Positions 9,738-18,546 of a DNA stretch of 64,000 bases are shown here, in pieces; the first letter of the stretch is position 1, and every line of letters begins with the position of its first letter. Where the stretch lies: NCBI GenBank assembly GCA_963840535.1, contig CAWIZJ010000042.1, positions 1,304 to 65,303 on the forward strand. The letters are read 5' to 3'. The translations under genes and the position numbers were made by a program. The notes below the pieces were generated by a model. That model was not told the DNA's origin, ran no database searches, and worked only from the letters and a program-made list of their open reading frames with translations. Source of the DNA: an uncultured Alphaproteobacteria bacterium. Lineage in GTDB: Bacteria; Pseudomonadota; Alphaproteobacteria; Rhizobiales; Xanthobacteraceae.

Positions 9738-12054
9738 TCAGGGCGCATTTGCCTCCTTGATCGCTCGCCACAGGCGCTCCGATGTCGCCGGCATCTCGAC
9801 GTGGCGGATGCCGAGATGCGACAGCGCGTCCACCAGCGCATTGGCGACAGCGGGCATGGCGCCGACGCAGCCCGCCTCGCCCGCGCCTTTGACCCCGAGC
9901 GGATTGGTCTTGGTCGGCACCGGATTGCTCTTGACCTCGACCGCGCTGATATCGGTCGCACGCGGCATCGCATAGTCCATGAACGAGCCGGTGAGCATCT
10001 GGCCGTCACCGTCGAACCGGATGTCCTCCATCAGGACCTGGCCGACTCCCTGTGCGATGCCTCCGACGATCTGGCCCTTGAGCAGCAGCGGATTGAGCAC
10101 GGTGCCGACATCGTCCACCACGCTGTAGCGCACGATCTCGACCTCGCCGGTCTCCTCGTCGATCTCCAGCTCGCAGATATGGCAGCCATTGGGAAAGTTC
10201 TGCACCGATGCGGTATAGGTGGCGGTGGCGATCAGGCCGACTTCCATGTCCCTGGGCAGCCTGGCCGGGTCGACCGCTTCCCTGGCCACTTCCTTGATGG
10301 TCAGCGTGCGATTGGTCTTCGGGCTGGAGAGCACGCCGTCGGCGAAGTTGACGTCGGCGACGCCGACATCGAGCAAATGCGCAGCGATACGTTTGGCCTT
10401 GGCGGCGATCTTGTCGGCGGCAAGGTCGACTGCCGCTCCCCCGATGGTGGCGGAGCGCGAGCCCCCGGTGCCTTCGCCGATGAAGACCTGATCGGTATCC
10501 CCCTGCACGTAGTGCACGTCGTCCGGTTGCAGCCCGAGCCGGTCGCAGGCGATCTGTTTGTAAATGGTCTCGTGTCCCTGGCCCTGGGTGACGCTGCCGG
10601 CGAGCAGCGTGACGGTCCCGGACTTGTCGAAGCGGATCTCGGCACCCTCGAAGCCCTGCGCGGCTGCACGTTCGATGGTGTTGGACATTCCGATGCCACG
10701 CAGCTTGCCGCGCTTGCGCGCGTCGGCCCGCCGCCGCTCGAAGCCGGCGACGTCGGCGAGCTCGAGCGCCATGTCCATGCTCTTCTCGAACTCGCCGCTG
10801 TCGATAGGTGAAGGTGAGCCCGGTCTTGAACGGCATGGCATCGGGCGTGATGTAGTTGCGTCGCCGCAACTCGGCGGGATCGAGGCCGAGCTCGTCGGCG
10901 GCGAGATCGACCAGCCGCTCGATCACATAGGCCGCCTCGGGACGGCCGTTGCCGCGATAAGGCCGCACCGGGTTGGTGTGGGTGAATACGGCGGTGACAT
11001 CGGCATGCATCGCCGGCGTGCGATAGACCCCGGCGAGGGTCCCGATGTTGCCGGTGAAGGCCGGCATGCCGGTCTGCAGATAGGCGCCGATGGCGGCGAT
11101 CGTCTTCACCCGCATCCCCAGGAAGGTCCCGTTCTGGTCGAGCGCGAGCTCGGCTTCGGTGACGTTGTCACGGGCCTGGGCGTCGCAGAGAAAGGCTTCC
11201 GAGCGGGTCGACACCCATTTGACCGGCCGCCCCACGAGCTTCGACGCCAACAGCACCAGCGCCACCTCGTTGTAGACCGCCGACTTCATGCCGAAGCTGC
11301 CGCCGATATCGCCCGCGACCACGCGGATCCTGCTCTCCGGTACTTTCAGGATCGGTGCCAGCTCGGAGCGGTAGGGGTGCACGCGCTGCAGCGTCGTGTA
11401 GATGGTGTAGCGGCCGTCGGCAGCGTTGTAGTCGCCAATGCAGCCGCGCGGCTCCATGGTCGCGGCGGTGACCCGGTTGACCACGAAGCGGTGCTTGACG
11501 ATGTGATCGGCCCTCGTAAACGCGGCCTCGGTCGCAGCCTTGTCGCCGAACAATTGAACAAAGCCGATATTGTCGGCACAGTCGTCCCACACCCGCGGCG
11601 CGCCCCGGGCGGTCGCCTCTGCGGTCGACGCCACCGCCGGCAACGGCTCGTAGTCGACCGCGATCCGCTCGGCGGCGTCGGCGGCGTGGTGATACGTATC
11701 CGCCACCACGAAGGCGACATAGTCGCCGACCCAGCGCACCCGGTCCCTGGCCAGCGCCGGGTAGGGCGGCCGGAACACGCTTCCGTCGCGCAGCTTCAAA
11801 CCCCGCGGCACCGGCAGATCGCCCCAGCCGGAGGCCTGCCAGTCAGCGCCGCTGAGCACCGCCAGCACCCCCGGCGCCGCCTTGGCCCTGCTCGTATCGA
11901 TCGATCGGATCCGGGCGTGGGCGTGGGGCGAGCGGAGCACGTAGCCGAACGCCATGCCCGGCAGCACCATGTCGCCGACGTAGCGGCCGCCGCCCTTGAG
12001 CAGCCTCGGATCCTCGAAACGGGACACGCTCTGGCCGATCGCGAATTCACCCAT
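9738..12054 (-). pseudogene. xanthine dehydrogenase/aldehyde oxidase/CoxL-family molybdopterin-binding large subunit (copy 1, orphan), one frameshift as sequenced (~10803)
   Basis: MGEFAIGQSVSRFEDPRLLKGGGRYVGDM...MPFKTGLTFTY (ORF 10006..12054) continues as DSGEFEKSMDMALELADVAGFERRRADARKRGKLRGIGMS...NPLGVKGAGEAGCVGAMPAVANAL (ORF 9738..10841). An extra C sits in TAT-C-GAC. Confidence 0.8.
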
Positions 12055-12177
12055 CGCATCCTCGGAGCTGATTCATTGCGGGAAAGGCGTTATCGCAAAG
12101 CTGTGGCCGGATTTCCACCGGGGGCCGCGGCCGCGCGCCATTGACCGAAAGGGCGATTGCGCCACAATGCATTGCGG

Positions 12178-13395
12178 ATGGACGACCTGATATCGACACG
12201 AGCGTCACCATCGCCGGCGAACGCAGTCGAGCCAAAGGACGACTGCATCGCGCGCGTGCGCGCCATTGCTCCATTGATCGCGGCGAATGCCGCGCGCATG
12301 GAAAGAGAGCGGGAGATCGCTCCCGAGGTGCTCTCGGCCCTGCACGAGGTGCGACTGTTCCGCATGCTGCTCCCACGTTCGTGCGGCGGCTGGGAGGTCG
12401 ATCCTGCGACCTTCATGCAGGCGGTCGAGGAGCTCGCCAAGGCCGACGCCAGCACCTCCTGGTGCGTCGCGCAGGCGTCGGGCTGCTCCATGTCGGCGGC
12501 CTATCTGGCCCCCGCCGTGGCGTGGGAGATCTTCGGCGACGCCCGGGCCGTAATGGCCTGGGGGCCCTCAGGGTCGAAAGCCACGGCCCTTGCGGTCGAG
12601 GGGGGCTATCGGGCGTCGGGGTCGTGGAGCTTCGCGAGCGGGATCAAGCATGCGAGCTGGCTCGGCTGCCACTGCGCGTTGCTCGAGCCGGACGGCTCGC
12701 CGCGCGTGACGGCGGACGGCAGGCCCGCCGAGCGCACCATGCTGATCCGCAAGGAGCATGCCGAGGTGACCGACATCTGGCGCGTGGTCGGCCTCAAAGG
12801 TACCGGCAGCGACCGCTACGCGATCGAGAATCTGTTCGTGCCGGCCGAGCATACCTTCTTGCGCGAGTCCGCCGCGGAGCGCCGCGCGACCGGTCCGCTC
12901 TACCGCATCACCACTTTTCACCTATACGGCATCGGGTTTGCCGGGATCGCGCTCGGTATTGCGCGCGCCGCGCTCAATTCATTCATCGAGGTTGCCGTCG
13001 CCAAGGTTCCCATGGGCAGGACGTCGCTGTTGCGGGACAATGCGGTGGTCCAATCCCAGGTCGCGCTGGCCGAGGCGAAGCTGCAATCCGCGCGCAGCTT
13101 CATGCTGCAGACCTTGCACGCGATCTGGGAGGCGGTGACGCGGGGCGACGATCTCGCGCTGTCGCAGCGTGCCGCGCTGAAACTCGCCGGCACCTACGCC
13201 GCGCATCAAGCCAAGGATGTCGTCGATGCCGTCTATCATGCCGCCGGTGCCACCGCGATTTTCGACAGCAATCCGTTCGAGCGCCGCTTCCGCGATATAC
13301 ACACGTTGATCCAGCAGGTGCAGTCGCAGTTCGTCAATTTCGAGATGGTGGGGCAGGTGCTGCTCGGGCTGCCCAGCCCGTCGAAACTGATTTGA
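12178..13395 (+). CDS. acyl-CoA dehydrogenase-fold protein (possibly a group-D flavin monooxygenase type)
   Basis: Intact ORF 12157..13395: ...IAPLIAANAARMEREREIAPEVLSALHEVRLFRMLLPRSCGGWE...GLKGTGSDRYAIENLFVP...FERRFRDIHTLIQQVQ. The start is either ATG 12178 or TTG 12157. Confidence 0.75.
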   Translation: MDDLISTRASPSPANAVEPKDDCIARVRAIAPLIAANAARMEREREIAPEVLSALHEVRLFRMLLPRSCGGWEVDPATFMQAVEELAKADASTSWCVAQASGCSMSAAYLAPAVAWEIFGDARAVMAWGPSGSKATALAVEGGYRASGSWSFASGIKHASWLGCHCALLEPDGSPRVTADGRPAERTMLIRKEHAEVTDIWRVVGLKGTGSDRYAIENLFVPAEHTFLRESAAERRATGPLYRITTFHLYGIGFAGIALGIARAALNSFIEVAVAKVPMGRTSLLRDNAVVQSQVALAEAKLQSARSFMLQTLHAIWEAVTRGDDLALSQRAALKLAGTYAAHQAKDVVDAVYHAAGATAIFDSNPFERRFRDIHTLIQQVQSQFVNFEMVGQVLLGLPSPSKLI

Positions 13396-13453
13396 GCAAG
13401 CCTACTACCTTGCCCTATCCCTTGCCCAACAACACTCCCCAACAACACTCATC

Positions 13454-13492
13454 TTGACGATCCACGCTGGTCCGAATACATGTAGTACATGT
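13454..13492 (+). promoter_or_regulatory. putative promoter/operator of the toxin-antitoxin operon
   Basis: TTGACG (13454-13459), a 17-nt spacer, then TACATG. Two copies of TACATGT (13477-13483 and 13486-13492) each contain the palindrome ACATGT, directly upstream of the antitoxin start. This is pattern-based only. Confidence 0.3.
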
Positions 13493-13509
13493 CCTACCTA
13501 TGGACGACC

Positions 13510-13758
13510 ATGAAGACAGTCAGCGCGCGCCAAGCCAACCACGAGTTCTCGGAATTGCTCGCGCGTGTGGAGCGCGGGGAGGAAATTCTGATCACTAAAC
13601 GAAGCAAGCCGGTGGCGGTGTTGAGTCCTTACCGTCCACCGCTCATGACCCCGGAGCGACGAAAGGCCATCGATCACGCCATCGAAGTGATGACAAAGGG
13701 CCTTCCCTGGGGCAGCGCCCTGCGAACGTTCGGTCGCGAGGACATGCACGAGCGGTGA
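13510..13758 (+). CDS. type II antitoxin, Phd/YefM family
   Basis: MKTVSARQANHEFSELLARVERGEEILITKRSKPVAVLSPY... is the classic Phd/YefM N-terminal fold signature. Its stop overlaps the toxin start (GTGA at 13755-13758). Confidence 0.8.
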   Translation: MKTVSARQANHEFSELLARVERGEEILITKRSKPVAVLSPYRPPLMTPERRKAIDHAIEVMTKGLPWGSALRTFGREDMHER

Positions 13759-14204
13759 CCGTCAGTTTCGATACCAACATCCTGGTTTACGCTACCGCGG
13801 TGGGGCCCGACGCGAAGACAAGGCGGGCGCGTGACGTCATAGCGCGCGCAATGCGGATTGGATCGGGCGTCCTGCTGTTGCAGACCCTCGCGGAGTTCAG
13901 CAGCGTAGCAATCCGCAAAGCGGGGATACCGATCGACGAGATTCGGGCGACGATCGATGCCTGGCGGACGGTGCTGCCCGTCCAGGCGGCCGACGATGAC
14001 GATCTGGCGGTGGCGCTCGACGCCGTGAAAGCGCATCGACTGGGGTTTTGGGATGCAATGCTTTGGGCTTCGGCACGACGTGCCGGGGTGCGCCACTTGC
14101 TCACCGAAGACCTGCAGGATGGCTTCGTGTTGCAAGGTGTCAGATTCATCAACCCGTTCAGACAAATGAACAATCGCTTGGTCGACGAAATTCTTCCGCC
14201 GTGA
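13755..14204 (+). CDS. vapC: type II toxin, PIN-domain ribonuclease VapC
   Basis: MTVSFDTNILVYA (Asp6), LAEF, FWDAMLWA and LLTEDLQD together give the PIN acidic quartet. The protein is 149 aa with a GTG start overlapping the antitoxin stop. Confidence 0.85.
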   Translation: MTVSFDTNILVYATAVGPDAKTRRARDVIARAMRIGSGVLLLQTLAEFSSVAIRKAGIPIDEIRATIDAWRTVLPVQAADDDDLAVALDAVKAHRLGFWDAMLWASARRAGVRHLLTEDLQDGFVLQGVRFINPFRQMNNRLVDEILPP

Positions 14205-14230
14205 TGATCCCCGGTTGCGGGCTGACAGAG

Positions 14231-15007
14231 TCAAAAATTCGCGGCGAGCTTGGGCGTGGGTGCCGTCATCTGTGATCCCCTCGGCAGGTCGAACATTCCG
14301 CTGGGCAGGCTGTCGAGATAGGTCAGCACCTCTGAAGTCTGCACCACGTCGGCGTATTTCGCGTTCATGTCGCAGAGATTGATGGCGTGGCTCGCCTGCG
14401 AGCGATCGAAGCAGCCTTCCTCGGCGATCGCGATCCGATAGTTGAGGCTGAAGGCGTCGAGGACGGTCGCGCGCACGCAGCCCGACGTGGTGGTGCCGGT
14501 GACGATCACGCTGTCGCAGCCTAGCAGCGTCAGATAGCTCGCCATGTTGGTGCCGAAGAAGCCGGACGGCTTCTGCTTCAAGACCACGATGTCCTGCGGC
14601 GCCGGCGCGATCTCGGCGACGATGTCGTTGCCGTCGACATTGGTAGCGGGCCGGCTGGTGCGATCCTCGTCGGAGCGGCCGTTCTTCCAGCTCCAGCTGC
14701 CGTTGTCCCAGTTGTCCGCGCGTCGAACCCCGGTGGTGTAGATCACAGGGATGCCCTTGTCGTGGCACTTGCCGATCAGCGCCCTGAGATACGGCATCGC
14801 CACCCAGGCGTCCTCGCCGCAGGAGTTGCGCCAGCGCTTGATCAATTCGAGGATCGGCACTGGGCGCTCGTCGCAAAAGGCGTAATTGACGTCGATGACC
14901 AGCAGCGCCGGCCGCTTGCCGAAGCCGCCGCGGGCGCCGTAGCCGGACGCCGCGAATACCGTCTTGTCGCGCTCGGTCAGGAATTTGTTCCAGATGGGTT
15001 CCGACAT
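14231..15007 (-). CDS. isochorismatase-family cysteine hydrolase (amidase type, e.g. N-carbamoylsarcosine/maleamate amidohydrolase-like)
   Basis: MSEPIWNKFLTERDKTVFAASGYGARGGFGKRPALLVIDVNYAF...KQKPSGFFGTNM...VIVTGTTTSGCVRATVLDA carries the Asp/Lys/Cys triad context. The ATG is at 15007. Confidence 0.85.
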   Translation of the reverse strand: MSEPIWNKFLTERDKTVFAASGYGARGGFGKRPALLVIDVNYAFCDERPVPILELIKRWRNSCGEDAWVAMPYLRALIGKCHDKGIPVIYTTGVRRADNWDNGSWSWKNGRSDEDRTSRPATNVDGNDIVAEIAPAPQDIVVLKQKPSGFFGTNMASYLTLLGCDSVIVTGTTTSGCVRATVLDAFSLNYRIAIAEEGCFDRSQASHAINLCDMNAKYADVVQTSEVLTYLDSLPSGMFDLPRGSQMTAPTPKLAANF

Positions 15008-15008
15008 G

Positions 15009-15044
15009 GTTTTCGCCCTGCGTTGAGTTTTCGTCCTGCGTTGA
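15009..15044. repeat. 18-bp tandem duplication (2 units, 1 mismatch) abutting the isochorismatase start codon
   Basis: GTTTTCGCCCTGCGTTGA (15009-15026) is followed by GTTTTCGTCCTGCGTTGA (15027-15044). This was read directly from the sequence. Confidence 0.85.
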
Positions 15045-15174
15045 CCGCGCTCGCAGCCTGCATGGAGCGGTAGCGAAGTCTGCCGCTGCGAGTATCGTCC
15101 GCAGTCTAGCCGATCGCAGGCTGGTGCGCACGCCCTCGACAACGTTCGATCGCCTTCTCCTGCACGGTCCATGT

Positions 15175-16590
15175 TCACCTCAATAGATGTCCCCACTTGT
15201 CCTCGATCGCCCGCGCCTCCGCCAACGACAGCGCCGAGGTCGGCGGAAACTTATCGAGCCAGGGGAAGGGACGGCACGCATCGATGATCAGCTTGGAGTG
15301 CGAGGTGACGCCGGAGAGCTTGTGCTCCGGCGCAATGCGAGGGTCGAGTGCCGAGCTCCAGGCGTTTTTCACGATGTCGACCTGCTCGGACGGCTCGCAA
15401 CGCGTCGCAATCGCCCACATCACGTCGTGGAGGTTGGAGGGATCGACGTCGTCGTCGACCACGACCACCACCCGCGCCATGTAGCTGTGGGCGGCGGCGA
15501 CGAGCGCGGTGCGCTTGGCATGGCCGTCGTAGCGCTGCTTCAATGCTACGACGGTCATGAGTTGCGAGACGTGCTGCCAGGCACCGACCACGTCCGTCAC
15601 CCCGGCGGCATCGAGATTCTGCCAGATGGTCGCGGCGCGGAACGGCAATCCGAAATGAAAGCGCGGGGGCTGCATCGGCGGCGACCCCAGCAGGATCGGA
15701 TCGTGGCGGTGATGGACCGCGGTCACCTCCATGACCGGCGCCGGCCGCACTTGCGACGCGTAGTAGCCCGTGAACTCGCCGAACGGTCCTTCGGGCAGCG
15801 ACGTTTCGCTCATCGGAAGCAGTTGACCCTCGAATACGATCTCGGCATGCGCTGGAATCGGCAGGCCGGTCTGCGGCCCGGGATGAACTTCGATCGGAGC
15901 ACCCTTGATGGCGCCGGCGAATTCGTATTCCGATTGCCCGCCGGGCAGGTACTCGAACCCGGCGATGAACAGTGCTGGGTCCTCGCCGTTGACGACCGCG
16001 AGCGGACAGGGTCGGCCTTGGTCCCAATATTTCCTGGCGATGATGGCGCCGTGCCGGCCGGCATGGTCGAACTGCACGGTCACCTTGTTGCGGCCGTGCA
16101 CCTGGACCCGATAGATCGAGGCGTTGACCCAGTCGGCATCGGGATCACGCATGATCACGATCGATCCGGTGCCGATGAACGGCCCGCCATCGCGCCGGTG
16201 CCACACCGGCGTCGGAAACCTCGCGAGATCGACGGCGGCGTCCGTCATGGAATTCTGCAGGAAAGCGGCGTCCTCGGCCGTCGCCGGCGGATGCGGCTTC
16301 AGCGTTTTTCGCTTTTCCATCCAGAACCGCAGAGCGTCGAGCGGCCGCAACGAGGGGTCGATGCCGAGCGCGAGCGCGGCGCGCCGCGGGCTGGTGGTGG
16401 CGTTGGTGAAAATGCGGTATCCGCGCGGGAAGCCCGGAATTGCGTCGAACAGAAGGGCAGGGGCGTCCGGCATTCCTGCGGCCACCTCCGTGATCCCCCC
16501 GATCTCGAAGCGCGGATCCGCGCCTTCGACGTGGCGCAGCGCGTGGAGCTTCTCGACGAGCTCGATGAATTCTCGCAGATCCTTGTACAT
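15175..16590 (-). CDS. UbiD-family (prFMN-dependent) aromatic/heteroaromatic acid decarboxylase
   Basis: MYKDLREFIELVEKLHALRHVEGADPRFEIGGITEV...GPFIGTGSIVIMRDPDADWVNASIYRVQVHG...GPFGEFTGYY; 471 aa and intact. The ATG at 16590 is preceded by GGAGGGCGAGGG. Confidence 0.9.
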   Translation of the reverse strand: MYKDLREFIELVEKLHALRHVEGADPRFEIGGITEVAAGMPDAPALLFDAIPGFPRGYRIFTNATTSPRRAALALGIDPSLRPLDALRFWMEKRKTLKPHPPATAEDAAFLQNSMTDAAVDLARFPTPVWHRRDGGPFIGTGSIVIMRDPDADWVNASIYRVQVHGRNKVTVQFDHAGRHGAIIARKYWDQGRPCPLAVVNGEDPALFIAGFEYLPGGQSEYEFAGAIKGAPIEVHPGPQTGLPIPAHAEIVFEGQLLPMSETSLPEGPFGEFTGYYASQVRPAPVMEVTAVHHRHDPILLGSPPMQPPRFHFGLPFRAATIWQNLDAAGVTDVVGAWQHVSQLMTVVALKQRYDGHAKRTALVAAAHSYMARVVVVVDDDVDPSNLHDVMWAIATRCEPSEQVDIVKNAWSSALDPRIAPEHKLSGVTSHSKLIIDACRPFPWLDKFPPTSALSLAEARAIEDKWGHLLR

Positions 16591-16802
16591 CCCTCGCCCT
16601 CCGTGATCGGCCATGCTTTTCCGGGAGCGCTTCGCCCGACTGATACGGCACGAATGCCGGGAAGCACGCAGTTGGCCCAGGAACGCATCGAGCGCAAGGG
16701 CGGCGCACGCTAGCAGGCCGGGTGTCTGGGCGAGCGTCTTGTGGTGATCTGTCGTTCGCCGCTATCCTTCGTCATCGCCGACGATCCGACAAGGACGAGT
16801 CC

Positions 16803-17204
16803 ATGGCCAAGCTTCGCCATATCGCGCTCATCGTTCCCGATCCGGAAAAGGCCGCCAGGTTTTTCGAGGAAGCGTTCGACATGAAGATCGCCGGCAAGGC
16901 GCGGCGCGGGCTTTACGTCTCCGACGGCACCATCAACGTGGCGCTGCTCAAGCAGACCGCCGACGAGAAGGTCGGCATCTATCATTTCGGCATGTGGGTC
17001 GATGACCTCGACGAAGCCGAGAAGAAGGTCGTGGGTGCCGGGGGGACCTACCTCGACGGCCGCCCGGAGCCCAAACCTCCCGGTGCGCCTGCCGACGCGC
17101 ATTCCTACTACGAGGCCAAGTACAAGGATCCGACCGGCATCGTGTTCGACCTCACCCATACCGGCTGGATCGGCGCAGTGAAGGACGTGGTGGCGAAGCG
17201 CTGA
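16803..17204 (+). CDS. VOC family protein
   Basis: MAKLRHIALIVPDPEKAARFFEEAFDMKIAGK...IYHFGMWVDDLDEAEKKV...; ATG at 16803 within ORF 16722..17204. Confidence 0.75.
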   Translation: MAKLRHIALIVPDPEKAARFFEEAFDMKIAGKARRGLYVSDGTINVALLKQTADEKVGIYHFGMWVDDLDEAEKKVVGAGGTYLDGRPEPKPPGAPADAHSYYEAKYKDPTGIVFDLTHTGWIGAVKDVVAKR

Positions 17205-17254
17205 TGGTGCAACGCCTCTCGCTGGCGCCGCCGCGACCGATGTCGAGGTGGGTG

Positions 17255-18232
17255 CTAGTCCGCCTTGGCGCCCGAGGACCGGATCACCTCGGCCCATTTC
17301 GTCGTCTCGCGGTCGAGGAAGGCTCGGATGTCCTTTTCCGCCGCGGTGCCGGGCTCGGAGCCGAGCTCGCGAATGCGGGCGACGACATCCGGGGCCGTCA
17401 ACACCTTGGCGACCTCCTGCCGCAGCCTGGCGACGACCGGCCCCGGTGTCCTTGCCGGTGCCACCAGGGCGACCCAGGACGCGGAATCAAATCCGGGCAG
17501 TCCTTGCTCCGCGACGGTCGGCAGCGTGGATAATGCAGAGGCCCGGGTCGCGCCGGCATTGGCCAGCGCGCGCACGGTGCCGGCGTTGATCTGCGGCAAG
17601 CTCGCCGGCAGCAGATCGAAGAACATCTGGATGTGTCCGCCGACCAGATCCTGCATCGCCGGACCGGTGCCGCGGTAGGGGACGTGCGTGATCTCGATCT
17701 TGCCCATGCTCTTGAACAACTCGCCGGACAAATGCGGCGTCGTACCGATGCCGGCCGAGCCGAAATGGACCTTGCCGGGATTGTTCCTCGCGTACGCGAT
17801 CAGCTCCTTGACATCCTTCGCCGGCACGCCCGGATGCACCATCAGCACGATCGGCGTATACGCGAACACGGCGATCGGGACGAAGTCCCTGACCGGATCG
17901 AACGGCAGGCCCTTGCTGTAGAGCGTCTGGTTGATGACCAGCGGTGGAGGAGCGGTGTGCAGCAGCGTGTAGCCGTCCGGCGCCGATTTCGCGACCGAAT
18001 CCGCCCCGGTATTGCCGCCCGCGCCGGTTCGGTTCTCGACGATGAAATGTTGTCCGGTATTTTCGGCGAGCTTCTGCGCCAGAATGCGCGCGGTGATGTC
18101 GACCGAACCCCCGGGCGGGTACGGATTGACGATGCGGACCACGCGATCCGGATACGTCTGTGCCTCCGCCGGGGCGGCCAGTACGACGATGGATGCGAGG
18201 AGGATCGGGAATTGACACCGGGAAGCTGACAT
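17255..18232 (-). CDS. Bug-family tripartite tricarboxylate transporter (TTT) substrate-binding protein
   Basis: MSASRCQFPILLASIVVLAAPAEAQTYPDRVVRIVNPYPPGGSVDITARILAQKLAE...YRGTGPAMQDLVGGHIQMFFD. It has a signal peptide and the Bug consensus. The ATG is at 18232. Confidence 0.85.
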   Translation of the reverse strand: MSASRCQFPILLASIVVLAAPAEAQTYPDRVVRIVNPYPPGGSVDITARILAQKLAENTGQHFIVENRTGAGGNTGADSVAKSAPDGYTLLHTAPPPLVINQTLYSKGLPFDPVRDFVPIAVFAYTPIVLMVHPGVPAKDVKELIAYARNNPGKVHFGSAGIGTTPHLSGELFKSMGKIEITHVPYRGTGPAMQDLVGGHIQMFFDLLPASLPQINAGTVRALANAGATRASALSTLPTVAEQGLPGFDSASWVALVAPARTPGPVVARLRQEVAKVLTAPDVVARIRELGSEPGTAAEKDIRAFLDRETTKWAEVIRSSGAKAD

Positions 18233-18546
18233 CGTCTGAGTTCCGCACCTGCTTGCGTCGTCGGCCGAAGCTATGTCATTTCGAGCGCTGCGGCCAGCGG
18301 AGCTGCCGTGGATTGAGCGGGCAGCCAACCGATGCGAGCTGCAAATCGACGAAGGCGCCCCAACTTGACAGGCTTCGACCGGCGCGACAGCGTGGCGGGC
18401 GGCAGTGAGGCACGAGATCGAGGCCGAAGGCGTGGCAGGAGCTCTCGCAATCCGGCTGCAGGGTAACCCGTCGCGCACCAATCCAAGGACGTCGGCTCTC
18501 GCCGCCCGTGCGCTGCTCAACGAATGCGCCACCATCGTCATCTGAC

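Noticed and set aside
12156-12177. An ATTGCGC-N8-ATTGCGG direct repeat, similar to ATTGCGC-N7-TTGCGCC at 34644-34664, as a shared regulator motif.
   Set aside because: The motifs are short and GC-rich, and there are only two loose occurrences. The first may lie inside the coding sequence if the TTG at 12157 is the real start. This is not distinguishable from chance without a genome-wide motif analysis.
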